The notes under the pieces are model-generated. The model did not search any database. It was not told the DNA's origin and worked only from the letters and a program-made list of their open reading frames with translations. 64,000 nt of DNA from an uncultured delta proteobacterium (GTDB taxonomy: Bacteria; Desulfobacterota; Zymogenia; Zymogenales; Zymogenaceae): positions 384,001 to 448,000 of the forward strand of contig CAVTLK010000002.1 in assembly GCA_963735595.1 (NCBI GenBank), in the 5' to 3' direction. This document shows, piece by piece, positions 46,505 to 58,020 of the stretch (position 1 is its first letter; each line of letters starts with the position of its first letter). The position numbers and the translations under genes are program-made.

Positions 46505-47069
46505 ATGTTCGAGATCAGGTTTCACGGACGTGGGGGACAGGGGGCGGTGACGGCCGCGGAAATCACGGCGCTAGCCGCTTTCCTCGAAGGCAAGTACCCC
46601 CAGAGCTTCCCCGCCTTCGGGCTGGAGCGCCGGGGCGCGCCGGTTGCGGCGTTTCTGCGCATCGACGACAAGAAGATCACCATCAGGCAGGCGATATACG
46701 TCCCCGATTTCATCGCCGTTATGGATGCGACGCTGCTTGGCGCCGCACCGACGCTCGCGGGTTTAAAACCGGCCGGCGGGCTGTTGGTCAATACGCCAGC
46801 AGCCGCCCGAGTCGCTGGCAATCCCCGCCGGATTTACCGTCGGGACGGTGCCGGCCGGCGACATCGCGCTCAAACACGGCCTGGGTAACAGGCTCCTTCC
46901 CCTCATCAACACGACGATCCTCGGCGCGCTGGTCAGGATGACGGGGGTCGTCTCGCTCGACTCGCTGCTTTCGGCCATCGGGCAGTCCATGACGGCGGCA
47001 CGGGCCGAGGCCAACAAGGCCGGCGCCCGCGAGGCCTATGAAACGGTGGCGATTCACGAACCATCATGA
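46505..47069 (+). CDS. porC: 2-oxoacid:ferredoxin oxidoreductase gamma subunit (frameshifted)
   Basis: [32 protein letters not shown]. Confidence 0.92.
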
Positions 47070-48736
47070 CCCAGAAGATCATCCTCAAGACGCTGGCCGA
47101 CTACCCCGAGGTCCCCGTATCCGAGGGGGAGATGCTGATTAACGAGACCGGAAGCTGGCGTTTCGCATCGCCGGCCTTTTCTCCCCGGCCCTCCCCCTGC
47201 AGCCGAGCCTGCCCCCTCGAAAACGACATCCCCGGCATAATGCGGCGGTTTGCCGAGGGGGATATCGAGGGCGCGGCGGATACGTTTTACTGGGAAGACC
47301 CCTTTCCGGCATTGCTGGGCCGGGTCTGCCCCGGCTTCTGCATGGCCGACTGCAACCGGGCGCAGTTTGACGAGCGCGTCTCGATCAGGGACATCGAGCG
47401 GTTCGTCGGCGACCGTTTGTCCCGGCAGGGCCCTCCCGTCGAGGGTGAGCGGACCGGCAAATCCGTCGCGATCGTCGGCTCCGGCCCGGCGGGGCTTTCG
47501 GCGGCCTACTTTCTCGCGATAATGGGGCACGCCGTCACCATATTCGAGAAAGAACGGCATATCGGCGGTATCCCCCGGCTGGGCATCCCCGCCTACCGGC
47601 TCTCTCGGAGAGTTATCGACGCCGCGGCCTGGCGGGTGCGCACGATGGGCGTGACAATCAAGACGGGGCGTGCGATACGGCCCGAAGACCTCGCCGGCCT
47701 CTCGTCTTCTCACGACGCCCTGTTTATCGCCCCGGGCGCGCATACGTCGGCAATGATGGGGATCGCGGGTGAGGAGTTGCCCGGGGTAACCCGGGGGCTT
47801 TCCTTTCTCAGGGACGTTAACGCCGGGATCATAAAGGCTCTGAGCGGGAATTATCTCGTTGTCGGCGGCGGCAATACGGCACTGGACGCGGCGCGGGCCG
47901 TCATGCGTCTCGGCGGGCGGCCCACGGTCGTCTACCGCCGGGGCCGCGACGACATGCCCGCCTTTGCCGACGAGATCAATGAGGCGCTGGAGGAAAACGT
48001 CCCGATCGAGTATTTCAGGGCGCCGGTCAAAGTCGAGCGGGGCGAGGCCGGGAAGCTCCTGGTCACCCTGATCTCCATGAGGCCGGGCGCTCCCGATGGT
48101 TCCGGCAGGCCGCGGCCCGTGCCGATGGCCGGGTCCGAGCACGTCGTCGAGGCGACGGGCTGATTACGGCCGTCGGCGAGACGGTCGACCCGGCGCTCGT
48201 CGAAGTCGGGGGCACGGCCGCCCGCGGGCCCGATTATCATCGGCGGTGACGCGGCCGGCGGCCGCGCACCGTGGCGGATGCCGCCGCGTCGGGGAAGAGG
48301 GCCGCCATGCGGATAGACCGGATGCATTTCCGGCCAAGCGACCGACCCGGACGAGAACGCCGCCGGAGGCTTTCGGGCGCACTGGGAGAAGCGGTCGGTA
48401 GTGCCGGCCGAGCCGGTTCGCTTCGATGAGCTGAACACCGACTATTTTGAACGGATGCCGTCGGTCGCCGCGAAAAGGATCGCGCCCGATCGGAGGGTTC
48501 GGACCTTTGCCGAGGTCACCCGGACATACGGCGAAAAGGCGGCGATCGCCGAGGCCGGACGGTGTTTTGTCTGCGGGTCGTGCGCCGGGTGCGAGGTCTG
48601 CGCGACGTTCTGCCCCGATTTCTCGGTCTCGGTGCGGGACTACTCGGCGCAGATCGACTACCGCTACTGCAAGGGGTGCGGCATCTGCGTCCGGGAATGC
48701 CCCCGCGGGGTGATCGCAACCCGAACGGACGATTAG
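47066..48736 (+). CDS. GltD-like FAD/NAD(P) oxidoreductase fused to a PorD-like 2x[4Fe-4S] ferredoxin (frameshifted)
   Basis: TGSWR, PCSRACP, GRVCPGFC..CNR, GSGPAG, GGGNTALD, YRR; C-terminal CGSCAGCEVC..FCPD and YCKGCGICVRECP. Confidence 0.85.
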
Positions 48737-48803
48737 CGGCGCCGTTTACCCTGTCGACGGCGGCACACGGCGGGAAAGAGTGAGAGGAGAGAAGGTATAG
48801 GCG

Positions 48804-49999
48804 ATGAAGAAACTCCTTGAGGGAAATCTTGCCGTCTCGTACGGCGTGATGCTCTCCCGGGCACAGGTGATACCGGTCTATCCCATCACCCCGCAGACCC
48901 ACATCTCGGAGGCGCTGGCCGAGATGGTGGCCGACGGGAGGCTCTCGGCCCGCTACATAAAGGTCGAGAGCGAGCACTCGGCCATGGCGGCCTGTATCGG
49001 CGCGGCCACCGCCGGCGCCCGTACGTTCACGGCAACCTCGGCCCAGGGGCTGGCCCTCATGCACGAGCTGCTCCACTGGGCCTCGGGGGCCCGGCTTCCC
49101 ATCGTCATGGCCGACGTAAACCGGACGCTGGCCGCGCCCTGGAACATCTGGAACGACCAGTCCGATTCCATGTCTCAGCGCGACACCGGCTGGCTCCAGT
49201 TCTACTGCGAGGACAACCAGGAATGCCTCGACACCGTTATTATGGCCTACCGGGTGTCCGAGCGGCTCCTGATCCCCAGCATGGTGGTGCTGGACGCCTT
49301 CATCCTCTCCCACACCCAGGAGATCGTCGACGTCCCGGACGCCGCGGCCGTGGATAAGTTCCTCCCGCCGCTCGATAATCCCTATGCCCTGGACATCGAC
49401 CGGCCGCGCGCGTATAGCCCCGTGGCGGGACCCGACCATTTTACCGAGTTCAAGTATCGGCAGTGGCGTGCCGCGAAACAGGCCGAAGACGTTATGACCG
49501 AGGTGAACGAGGAGTTTTCCCGGACCTTCGGCCGGTCGTACCCCCACGTTTCGCCCTATCGGATGGACGACGCCGAGGTTGTGATCGTGGCCTGCGGTGC
49601 GGTGTGCGGGACGATCCGGGCGGCCGTCGACGGGCTGAGGAACGAGGGGGTCCAGTGCGGGTATGGTAAAGGTCAGGACGTTTCGCCCGTTTCCGGAAAA
49701 TGACGCTTCGTGAGCTGCTGGCACCGATCGGGGCCACGGGGCGCGTTGGCGTCCTTGACAAGAGCGCCTTTCCCGGCGCGCCGTCGCCGCTTTTTACCGA
49801 GACCAGGGCCGCGCTCTACGGCCTGGCGAAATCACCGGCGCTCACGGGCCTTGTAGGGGGACTGGGAGGCAGGGATATCACGGTGGAGGTCGTCACCGAT
49901 GCCTTTCGGGGGCTCCTTTCGGGAAAGACCGATCGGGGCCCGATCTTCCTGGGCATGAAACCGGATGGAGATAAGACAGCGGATGAACACCGAACGTAA
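48804..49999 (+). CDS. porA: 2-oxoacid:ferredoxin oxidoreductase alpha subunit (frameshifted)
   Basis: YPITPQT, VESEHSA, TATSAQGL, GGLGGRD. Confidence 0.93.
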
Positions 50000-51009
50000 C
50001 TATGGTCCGATAACTCCGGGGCATCTGGCCTGTCCGGGCTGCGGGGCGACGCTCGCCATGAGCTGGGTGCTCTCGGTCCTGGGGAGCCGTAGCGTCGTGG
50101 CGCTGCCGGCCTCCTGCTTTTCCATCATCAGCGGGGCCTTTCCCAATTTCCCGCTCAGGGTCAACCTTGTCCACACCGCCTTCGAGACGGCGGCCGCCAT
50201 GGCCACGGGCCTCAAGGCGGGGCTGGAGGCAACCGGAAGGCCGGACGTGCGCGTCGTGGCCTGGGCGGGAGACGGCGGGACGTTTGACATAGGGCTGCAG
50301 GCGCTCTCCGGGGCGGCCGAGCGAAACGAGGACATCCTCTACGTCTGCTACGACAACGAGGCATACATGAACACCGGAAACCAGCGCAGCTCCGCCACCC
50401 CGCTCAACGCCTGGACGACCACGACCCCGACCGGCGGAACTCGGAGAAAAAAAGGACATCCTCGCGATCATGGCGGCCCACGCGGATCCCGTACGCCGCC
50501 TCGGCCTCTATCGCCTACCCGGAGGACCTGAAGACAAAGGTCCGTCGGGCGATGAGGTTTCGGGGCACGAAATTTATTCACATCCTCTCGTCCGTGCCCC
50601 ACGGGCTGGCGGATGACCCAGGATATGACGATTACCGCGGCCAGGCTCGCGGTCACCAGCGGGCGCCTTTCCGCTGCTGGAAATAGAGGACGGCATGAGG
50701 ACTCGTCGTCTCCCAGCGGCCCGACGGGAAGATCCCGGTCGCCGAATACTGAAGATGCAGGGACGGTTCGGGCACCTGACCGACGAAATGATCGAGGCGG
50801 CCCAGCGGGCCGTCGACGAGCGGTGGAGGCGGCTTGAGGCCACGGCCGACGAAGTGCACGAGATCGGCGAGGACTTCCCGGAGAAAGGGCGGAAGAACGG
50901 GAAATCGTCCGAAAAACAGTTATCCAGTATTGAGGGGTTCCATTATGACACAACCGCACGATCGGAAGCAGGAGACGATCGATCTGCTTTCGCGCCTATC
51001 TCAGGATAG
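49983..51009 (+). CDS. porB: 2-oxoacid:ferredoxin oxidoreductase beta subunit (frameshifted; true end uncertain)
   Basis: ACPGCG, GDGGTFDIG, DNEAYMNTG.QRS, LKMQGRF.HL. Confidence 0.9.
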
Positions 51010-52284
51010 ACACCACCAACCCGCCGGGAAACGAGACGGTCGCCGCCCGTTCTTCGCGGATATATTCAAAAAAGAGGGCATCGCCCACACGATATGGGAG
51101 TCAAAGCCGGGCCGGGGCTCGATCATGGCGAGGATCCCCCGCGATCCCGGAGCAAAGACGCCGGACCCGGGCCCGCTGGCGCTCATGCACCACAGCGACG
51201 TGGTCCCGGCCGATCCGTGCCGAGTGGAGCTTTGATCCCTTCGGCGGCGAGATCAAAGACGGGTACGTCTGCGGACGCGGGACGCTGGATACCAAGGGGC
51301 TGGGGATTATGGAGCTTATGGCGTTTTTGACCGCCAAGCGCGACGGGTTTAAGCTAAAGCGCGACCTGGTCTTTCTTGCCGTTGCCGACGAGGAGATGGG
51401 CGGGGACTGGGGCATGGACTGGCTCGTCAAGAACCACTACGACCAGATCAAGGCGAGCTTCGTCATCAACGAGGGCGGGATCGGGGTATCGGACCTCATC
51501 GGCGGCAAGAACCTCCACATGGTTGCCACCGGCGAAAAGGGTCTCTGCTGGCTTGAGCTTACCCGCACCGGCCCCCCGGGCACGGCTCCACCCCCCACGG
51601 ACAGAACTCGCTCGAACTGCTGAACCTGGCGCTCACCCGGCTCTTGACCGCCCCGATTCCCTACGAGGTGAAGCCGGCGGTCGCCGAATATTTCAGGAAC
51701 CTGGCGCGGGGGTGGGATTTCCTCAAGCCCTTCGGGGACGACGGACGACCCGAGACGCTGATACGGCTCCTGACCGAAACCGGGCTCATCACCAACCCGC
51801 AGCTTTCGGCGATGCTCAAGAATACGATCAGCCTCAACGTCATGAACGCGGGTGACAAGACAAACTCCATCCCCGGCCGGTCGGTCGCGCATCTGGACAC
51901 GCGCCTCTTGCCCGGACGAGGACATGGAGTCGTTCGTGGCGTGGATACGAAAGACGCTGGCCGACGACGAGATCCAGGTCAAGTACCTGCATACGTCGCG
52001 CGCCAACGAATCGCCCTTCGACACCGAGGAGTACCGGATTATCACCGAGGTCATGGAGCATCACTGCCCGGGATCGGTGGTCACGCCGTCGCTGTTGACG
52101 GGCGGCTCGGACTCTCGCTTCTACCGCGACAAGGGGGTGCCGACCTACGGGATCTTCCCGGCGGTCGTCCCGATGGCCGACGTGACGGGGATGATCCACG
52201 GGGTGGACGAAAAGGTCTCCGTAGACAACATGATCACGGGGACCCGAGATAGTCACGGATATGGTCAAGAGACTCTGCACGTAA
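50945..52284 (+). CDS. M20/M25/M40 metallo-hydrolase (frameshifted)
   Basis: HSDVVP, GRGTLDTK, ADEEMGG, INEGG, GGSDSR, IHGVDE. Confidence 0.88.
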
Positions 52285-52307
52285 CTGCTGAAGAAAGGGA
52301 GGATGCC

Positions 52308-53252
52308 ATGAAGATACGGGAAGTCGATAAGGTAGAGATTACGACCCTTCAGGATAACTATATCGATTTGCTCATGCGGGACAACTCCGACGTCGTTTCA
52401 GGGCGATGCCGCTCAAGGACATGGAGGTCAAGAACTCGGTTCTGGCCGAGCACGGGTTTTCGGCGCTCGTTAGCGTAAGCGCGGGCGACGCGGTCCGGAG
52501 CATCCTCTTTGATTTCGGATTTTCGGCCCACGGGGCGGCCTTCAACGCCCGGGCGCTGAACCTGGACCTTTCGGACGTGGAGGCCACGGTCCTTTCGCAC
52601 GGCCACCTCGACCACGTGGGCGGCATTGCCGAGCTTTCCGGGCTCATCGGGAAAAAGGGGACACCGCTCGTCCTCCACCCGGAGGCGTTCAGGAACCCGC
52701 GCTATATTAAATTCTCTGAGGAGTTCAAAGTAAAGTTCCCGCCGCTGACGCGCAAGCAGGTGACGGACGCGGGCCTTACGGCGACAGAGACAACCACACC
52801 CTACGGCCTGCTCGACGACGCGGTCCTTTTTCTCGGCGAAGTCCCGAGAAAGACCGATTTCGAGACGGGGGCGCCCAACTTCTTCTACGAGAAGGACGGA
52901 AACGAAACGTGGGACGACCTGGCCGACGACTCGGCAATCGTCATGAACGTGCGCGGACAAGGGGCTCGTGGTCATCTCGGGATGCGCCCACTCGGGCATT
53001 GTCAATACCGTCACCTACGCCCGGCAGGCGACGGGGGTCGATACGGTGTTTGCCATTATGGGCGGCTTTCACCTCTCCGGCCCGGGGATGGAACCTCTCG
53101 TCGAAAAGACGACGAAGGGCCTGAGGCAATTCAAACCGGCCTACGTCATCCCGACCCACTGCACCGGCAGGTACGCAATCGGGGCGATTGAGCGCGAGAT
53201 GCCGAACAGCTTTATCCTCAACATGGTCGGGACCAAGCTGACCTTCAGTTAG
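52308..53252 (+). CDS. MBL-fold metallo-hydrolase (frameshifted)
   Basis: AEHGFS, LFDFG, SHGHLDHVGG, DDSA, GCAHSG, GGFHL, PTHCTG. Confidence 0.88.
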
Positions 53253-53296
53253 GCGGCGGACAGCTTTTCAGATTAGATAGTTTAAGGAGACATCAG

Positions 53297-53593
53297 ATGA
53301 TTATTACCGCCCGTCTCAAGGCAAAAGTGGGCAGTGAACATAGAATGGAACAGCTCCTTACCGACATGGTAAAAAAGGTCGCGACGGAGCCCGGCGCGCT
53401 GGCCTACACGGTCCACCGCTCGGCGGCCGACCCGACGGTCTTCCTGATCTACGAGAAGTATACCGACGGGAAGGCGTTTGAATTTCACGCGAAGTCACCG
53501 CACTTCGCCGAGCTCAGCGGCTCTATGGGGGAAATCCTCGACGGGGCGCCGGACATCCAGGCATGGGAAGAGGTCGCGGTGATCAAGCGGTAG
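53297..53593 (+). CDS. ABM-family (YgiN-like) cofactor-free monooxygenase
   Basis: EPGALAY, FLIYEKY, H..SPHF. Confidence 0.85.
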   Translation: MIITARLKAKVGSEHRMEQLLTDMVKKVATEPGALAYTVHRSAADPTVFLIYEKYTDGKAFEFHAKSPHFAELSGSMGEILDGAPDIQAWEEVAVIKR

Positions 53594-53734
53594 GTTGGTA
53601 CGGCGGACCTATCGGTGACGAAAACGGTAAGGGCCGCATATGTGCGGCCCTTTTTTAAGGGATCGGCGAATTTCCGCTATCGTGCAGCGAAACGGGCGCG
53701 GCATGCCGTGCCTCGCGGATATAGAGAGACGTTC

Positions 53735-54138
53735 CTACTGCCGTGCGAACCGGAAGACGAGAAACGTCCCGAAGCCCACGCACCAGAGGTTGATGAAGGC
53801 GTTGAGCACGGTATCGAGCGCCGAGACCCGAGTACATCCCGTTCTGGATATTGAATGAAAAATCGATGACGCCGAGGAATATCAGTGCCCCCCGCCGCGA
53901 CCAGTGAAAGCGACCGGCCGAGCGGTTTGCCGCGCAGCAAATAAATAGCCGACACAATCAGGGTTAACGCCAGGACCGAGTCCGGCGGCGGAAACGAATG
54001 CTCGAACACGAAATAGCCGTCCGGCGGGTTTGCCGGCGCCAGACCCACCGTGAAAAAGCCGACCCAGAAGAGGATGATGCCGAGGCCGGTGATTATCTCG
54101 AGAACCGCGACTGTTTGTTCGGATAGTCCTTTTCCCAT
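53735..54138 (-). CDS. Small 4-TM membrane protein of unknown function (frameshifted)
   Basis: Joined translation has four hydrophobic helices with polar motifs FEHSFPPPD and DFSFNIQNG. Confidence 0.65.
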
Positions 54139-54170
54139 ACGTACCCTCCCGCGTGTATACAGATAAAAGC

Positions 54171-54992
54171 CTATCGGTTCTTCTGCACCTTCCTCACCGT
54201 CCCGTCCACCACCCACCGCACGACGCCCGGGATGAACCGCTGGGCAAGCACCGTGAACTTACCGTCAAACCCCGGCAGGATGATAAACTTCCCTTTCTCC
54301 ATTCCGCTGATCATCGCGGCGGCCACCGCCTCCGGGGTCATGAGCTTCGCCTTGGCGGTGAGGGCCTTCGTCTCCGGGGGCTTGGTCAGGTTTTCGACGA
54401 CCAGCCCCGGCGTGTCGGTATCCGGCGGGCACAGGACGAAGAGCTCTATCCCGTATCCGGCCAGCTCGCAGCGGAGCGCCTCCGAAAAGCCGAGGACGGC
54501 AAACTTGCTCGCGTTGTAGTCGGTGTAGCCGAAAACGCCGACGTAACCCGCGATCGACGACGTGTTGACGATCGCCCCGCAGCCCCGCGCCTTCATCGCC
54601 GGCAGGAGCGCCGCGATGGTGTTTCGCGTGCCGTAGAGGTTGATCTTCATCGTCTCGTCAAACTGCTCGTAGCCCATCTCCACGAAGATCCGGGGGGTCG
54701 CCTGGCCGGCGCAGTTGACGAGGACGGTCGGCGTCCCGAATTCCTTGAGCGCCCGCTTCATGACCCGGTCGACCTCTTTGTGATCGGCGACATCCATCGA
54801 ATAGGAGGCAAAACGCTGCCCGGCCGATTTCGCCCGGCCGGCGACGCGCTTTTCCGCATATTTAAGCCGCTCCCCGTTGCGGGCAAAGATGGAGACGTGC
54901 GCCCCCCGCTCGGCGAAGAGCTTGGCGGCGGCAAAGCCGATCCCCATGGACCCGCCGACGACGTAAATGATCTCATTATTGAAGTCTTTCAT
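54171..54992 (-). CDS. SDR oxidoreductase, 3-ketodihydrosphingosine reductase (KDSR/Tsc10)-like
   Basis: GGSMGIG, YNASK, and the KDSR-type motif PPDTDTPG...EN.TKPPET. Confidence 0.8.
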   Translation of the reverse strand: MKDFNNEIIYVVGGSMGIGFAAAKLFAERGAHVSIFARNGERLKYAEKRVAGRAKSAGQRFASYSMDVADHKEVDRVMKRALKEFGTPTVLVNCAGQATPRIFVEMGYEQFDETMKINLYGTRNTIAALLPAMKARGCGAIVNTSSIAGYVGVFGYTDYNASKFAVLGFSEALRCELAGYGIELFVLCPPDTDTPGLVVENLTKPPETKALTAKAKLMTPEAVAAAMISGMEKGKFIILPGFDGKFTVLAQRFIPGVVRWVVDGTVRKVQKNR

Positions 54993-55049
54993 ATAACTGT
55001 CCTTTCCCTTGGCATGCTACACGCAAAGGAAATCCTCCCACACAGCTGC

Positions 55050-56028
55050 TTATCGCTTGATCTTTCCCGGAAGGATGAAGGGGTACGGCCGCATGAGGAT
55101 GCGTGTCTTCAGGAACCGGTCGATCCTGCGGAAGGCGAGCCACAGACGCCAGATCCAGGCATCCTCCTTGTAATAGGAGGCGACCTCTTTTTCCGTTATC
55201 GGTTCAACGGCAAGCTCCTTTGCCTCGGTCTTAAAAAAGTCGTTAACGACGGCCACGAGCCCCGGTATCAGCTCGGGGCGCTGCTCCTTGTAGAAATTGG
55301 CCACCAGGTCAACGGCAACCAGGTGAAAGCTGTAGTACCGGGTCATCACGTCGGCCAGGAACAGCCAGCGGATGAGCCAGACCAAGAAACGACGGGGCCG
55401 CCCTCAGGAAGAGCTCCGGGTCGAGCTGCTCGGTCCCCTTCTTCTTGATGAAACGGCGTGCTCGTGTCAAAATAGACGAGCCGTGTCTTGTCGGTGACCT
55501 TCGGGTTTTTCGGGTCAAAGCCCGACGATCGACCAGTTCGATATCTGGCCGTCGATGCCGATCTCGATGCCGGTCTTTTTCGCGTTGAAGACCCAGACCT
55601 TTTTGAGCTCCCTCAATACGAGCCTGACCAGGAGCGTGACCTGCGTCCGGGCTGACCGTGTGAATGGCGCGGTTGCCGATGGATTCGGCCAGGAGCCGTT
55701 TCTGGACGTCAAACATCACGAGGCGCCCTTTGTTCGTCTCGATGACGGCCGCATCGAAATCGGGCAGCTCGAGACCTACCCGATTTGTAAGGATTTCGTT
55801 ATAATCGTTGTAGATCGTTTCGTAGCGCGCAACTTCCTGCCGGGTCAAAAAGATCGGCATCCGCTTATAGGCAAGGTCGCGGTGGCCTTCTTTCCCTACC
55901 GCAAATACCGTGGACATCTCCCCGTATCCCAGGACCTCGGCCGGGATTGTGCTCCTGTCGGGATGGCGCGGGTCAAGCCCCTCCTCGAAGGCGGCCAGGA
56001 GCTTCTTGTCGATCGAAAGACTCTTCAT
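55050..56028 (-). CDS. Uncharacterised protein with protein-kinase-like motifs (DUF6206-like from memory), frameshifted
   Basis: Joined frames give VLGYGEMSTVF, LAYKR, IDGQISN and YFDTSTP in kinase order. Confidence 0.7.
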
Positions 56029-56069
56029 ATGAATGACTCCGTATAATGGTAGTAATTCTTGGTGCTCGT

Positions 56070-56657
56070 TTAAGGAGACAGACTCCTTCGTGTCTTTGCC
56101 TCTTCGTGGGGTATTCGTAGATCGGGCGTACCGAGGAATTCACCACAAAGACACGAAGGCACGAAGATGGAAACGAGCCCCTTATTACTTTCCTTTGTGT
56201 CTTTCGTGCCTTTGTGGTGAATACCCCTTTCCCGACCCCATAAATTAGCGGCCGCGCCGACGATACAGGAATATGGCGGTTGGCGGCCGCGGCTCATATC
56301 ACCTTCCTGCTCCCGCTCGGCACGCCTGCCGCCGAAGACGTGGATAGTCCGCGTGCCGGCGACGAACTCCCCGGCGTGGGGTGCGCCCTTCGGGATATGG
56401 TACTCCTGCCCGGGGAGGACCGGTGTCTTCCCCCCGTCGATGATCAGGGTGTAACACCCCTGGATTACGATAAAATACTCGTCGAAATCGTGGGTATGCT
56501 CGCCCGATACGCCGTCTTGCCGGCATTCCCAGAACGCCGCCTGGCTCCCATCAGCGCCGTCAAAGACGTACCCCTCCACGCCTGTGCTCTGGGACGCGGC
56601 GCTCACTGCGTTGGCCGGGTTTTTCATGAAATCGGGGAATCGACGAACGATACTCAT
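56070..56657 (-). CDS. Cupin domain protein (3' end uncertain; reads into a repeat)
   Basis: EHTHDFDEY..VIQG, YHIPKGAPH. Confidence 0.8.
   Translation of the reverse strand: MSIVRRFPDFMKNPANAVSAASQSTGVEGYVFDGADGSQAAFWECRQDGVSGEHTHDFDEYFIVIQGCYTLIIDGGKTPVLPGQEYHIPKGAPHAGEFVAGTRTIHVFGGRRAEREQEGDMSRGRQPPYSCIVGAAANLWGRERGIHHKGTKDTKESNKGLVSIFVPSCLCGEFLGTPDLRIPHEEAKTRRSLSP
56138..56222. repeat. REP-like long imperfect inverted repeat
   Basis: ATTCACCACAAAGACACGAAGGCACGAAG pairs with CTTTGTGTCTTTCGTGCCTTTGTGGTGAAT; an extra degenerate half-site lies at about 56086-56114. Confidence 0.8.
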
Positions 56658-56694
56658 TGTCATCCCGATAATGAGAATGCGGTATGACCGCCCG

Positions 56695-57963
56695 CTACTG
56701 CGCTAATCCCAGCATCTTCTTGGCGTCCCCGAGGGCGGCGTCCAGCCGGTCGAGGATCTCTTCGGCTTCCTTCTGGGTCGTGATGAGCGGCGGCAGGAGC
56801 TGGCTTACCCGTTTGTCGTTATTGGCGTAGACCGAGAGGATTCCGTTATTGTAGCAGGTCAGCGACATCGCCGGGCCGCAGTACTCGTTGACCATCTCGA
56901 TGCCCATCATCAGGCCTAATTGTCTGAGCCCGACGAGTATTTCGGGGTGTTTCTTTTTGAGGCCGACGAAGCCCTTCTCGAAGATTGCGGCCATGTCGCG
57001 GACGTTTTTGAGAAAGGCCGGCCCGGACGATATTTCGAGGACCTTCAGGGCCACGGGGCAGCCCACCTCGGCCCCGCCGTAGGTGGAGACGTGGATGAAG
57101 GGGTCGGTATCCAGGAAGAACTGCTCGTATTTTTCCCTGAACATCGTGGCGGCAATCGGGAAGATCCCGCCGGAGAGTCCCTTGGCGATGATCATGATAT
57201 CCGGCTCAACGCCGAAGTGCTCGACCCCCCAGAGCTTTCCGGTGCGGCCGAGGCCCGTCTGGACCTCGTCCATGATCAGGACGACGTCCTTTTTGGTACA
57301 GATATCCCTGACCTGCGGGAAATAGTCGTCGTCGGGGATCGGCATCCCGAGGGTCGCCGGCACCGTCTCGACGATGACCGCCGCGGTCTGGGCGTCGATT
57401 TCCTTTTCGAGGGCTTCGCTGTCCCCGAAGGGGACCTGAGAAAAGCCGGGGGGCATCGGCCCGAAGGGGGCGCGGTATTTTTCGTCGCCGGCGGCCAGCG
57501 CCAGCCCCGTGTGCCCATGGTATCCTCCCCGGGCGCTGACGACGCGGGGGCGTTTCGTGTATCCCCGGGCCAGCTTGATGGCAAAATCCGCCGCCTCGCC
57601 CCCGCCGGAAGCAAAGCAGGTCCGCGTCAGCTCGGGGCCGGGGGCAAGCTCGGCCAGCCGCTTTCCGAGCATGGCCCGGGCCTCGCTGATGAGGTGCCCG
57701 TTGCCGATGTCAAGCTCTCCCATCGCCTCCGTCAGCGTCTTGATGATCTCGGGGTTGCGGTGGCCAAGGTTATAGACCCCTCCGTTGCAGTGGCAGTTGA
57801 TGATCCGCTTTTCGCCCGCCACGTCCCAGACGTAGATCCCCTCCCGCTTTCCGAAGACGAAGTCCATACCCATCTGTTTGAAGAAGGCGGCCTTGCCGGA
57901 GTTGACGTGCTCCGCGAAGAGGTCGATGATGGTCTGCTTGGGGGACTGTCCGATGAATTTCAT
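56695..57963 (-). CDS. Class III PLP aminotransferase
   Basis: NLGHRNP, SGGGEA, GYHGHT, DEVQTGLGRTG, AKGLSGG, STYGG. Confidence 0.93.
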   Translation of the reverse strand: MKFIGQSPKQTIIDLFAEHVNSGKAAFFKQMGMDFVFGKREGIYVWDVAGEKRIINCHCNGGVYNLGHRNPEIIKTLTEAMGELDIGNGHLISEARAMLGKRLAELAPGPELTRTCFASGGGEAADFAIKLARGYTKRPRVVSARGGYHGHTGLALAAGDEKYRAPFGPMPPGFSQVPFGDSEALEKEIDAQTAAVIVETVPATLGMPIPDDDYFPQVRDICTKKDVVLIMDEVQTGLGRTGKLWGVEHFGVEPDIMIIAKGLSGGIFPIAATMFREKYEQFFLDTDPFIHVSTYGGAEVGCPVALKVLEISSGPAFLKNVRDMAAIFEKGFVGLKKKHPEILVGLRQLGLMMGIEMVNEYCGPAMSLTCYNNGILSVYANNDKRVSQLLPPLITTQKEAEEILDRLDAALGDAKKMLGLAQ

Positions 57964-58020
57964 GGAAGGCCTCTCCGTAGAGGGTGGAGACGAAGCGACG
58001 CGCCGGTGACCGTATTCCGT

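Noticed and set aside
56086..56222. Repeats here and at 63271-63477 as a CRISPR array
   Set aside because: They are inverted and degenerate, with no regular repeat-spacer period and no cas genes.
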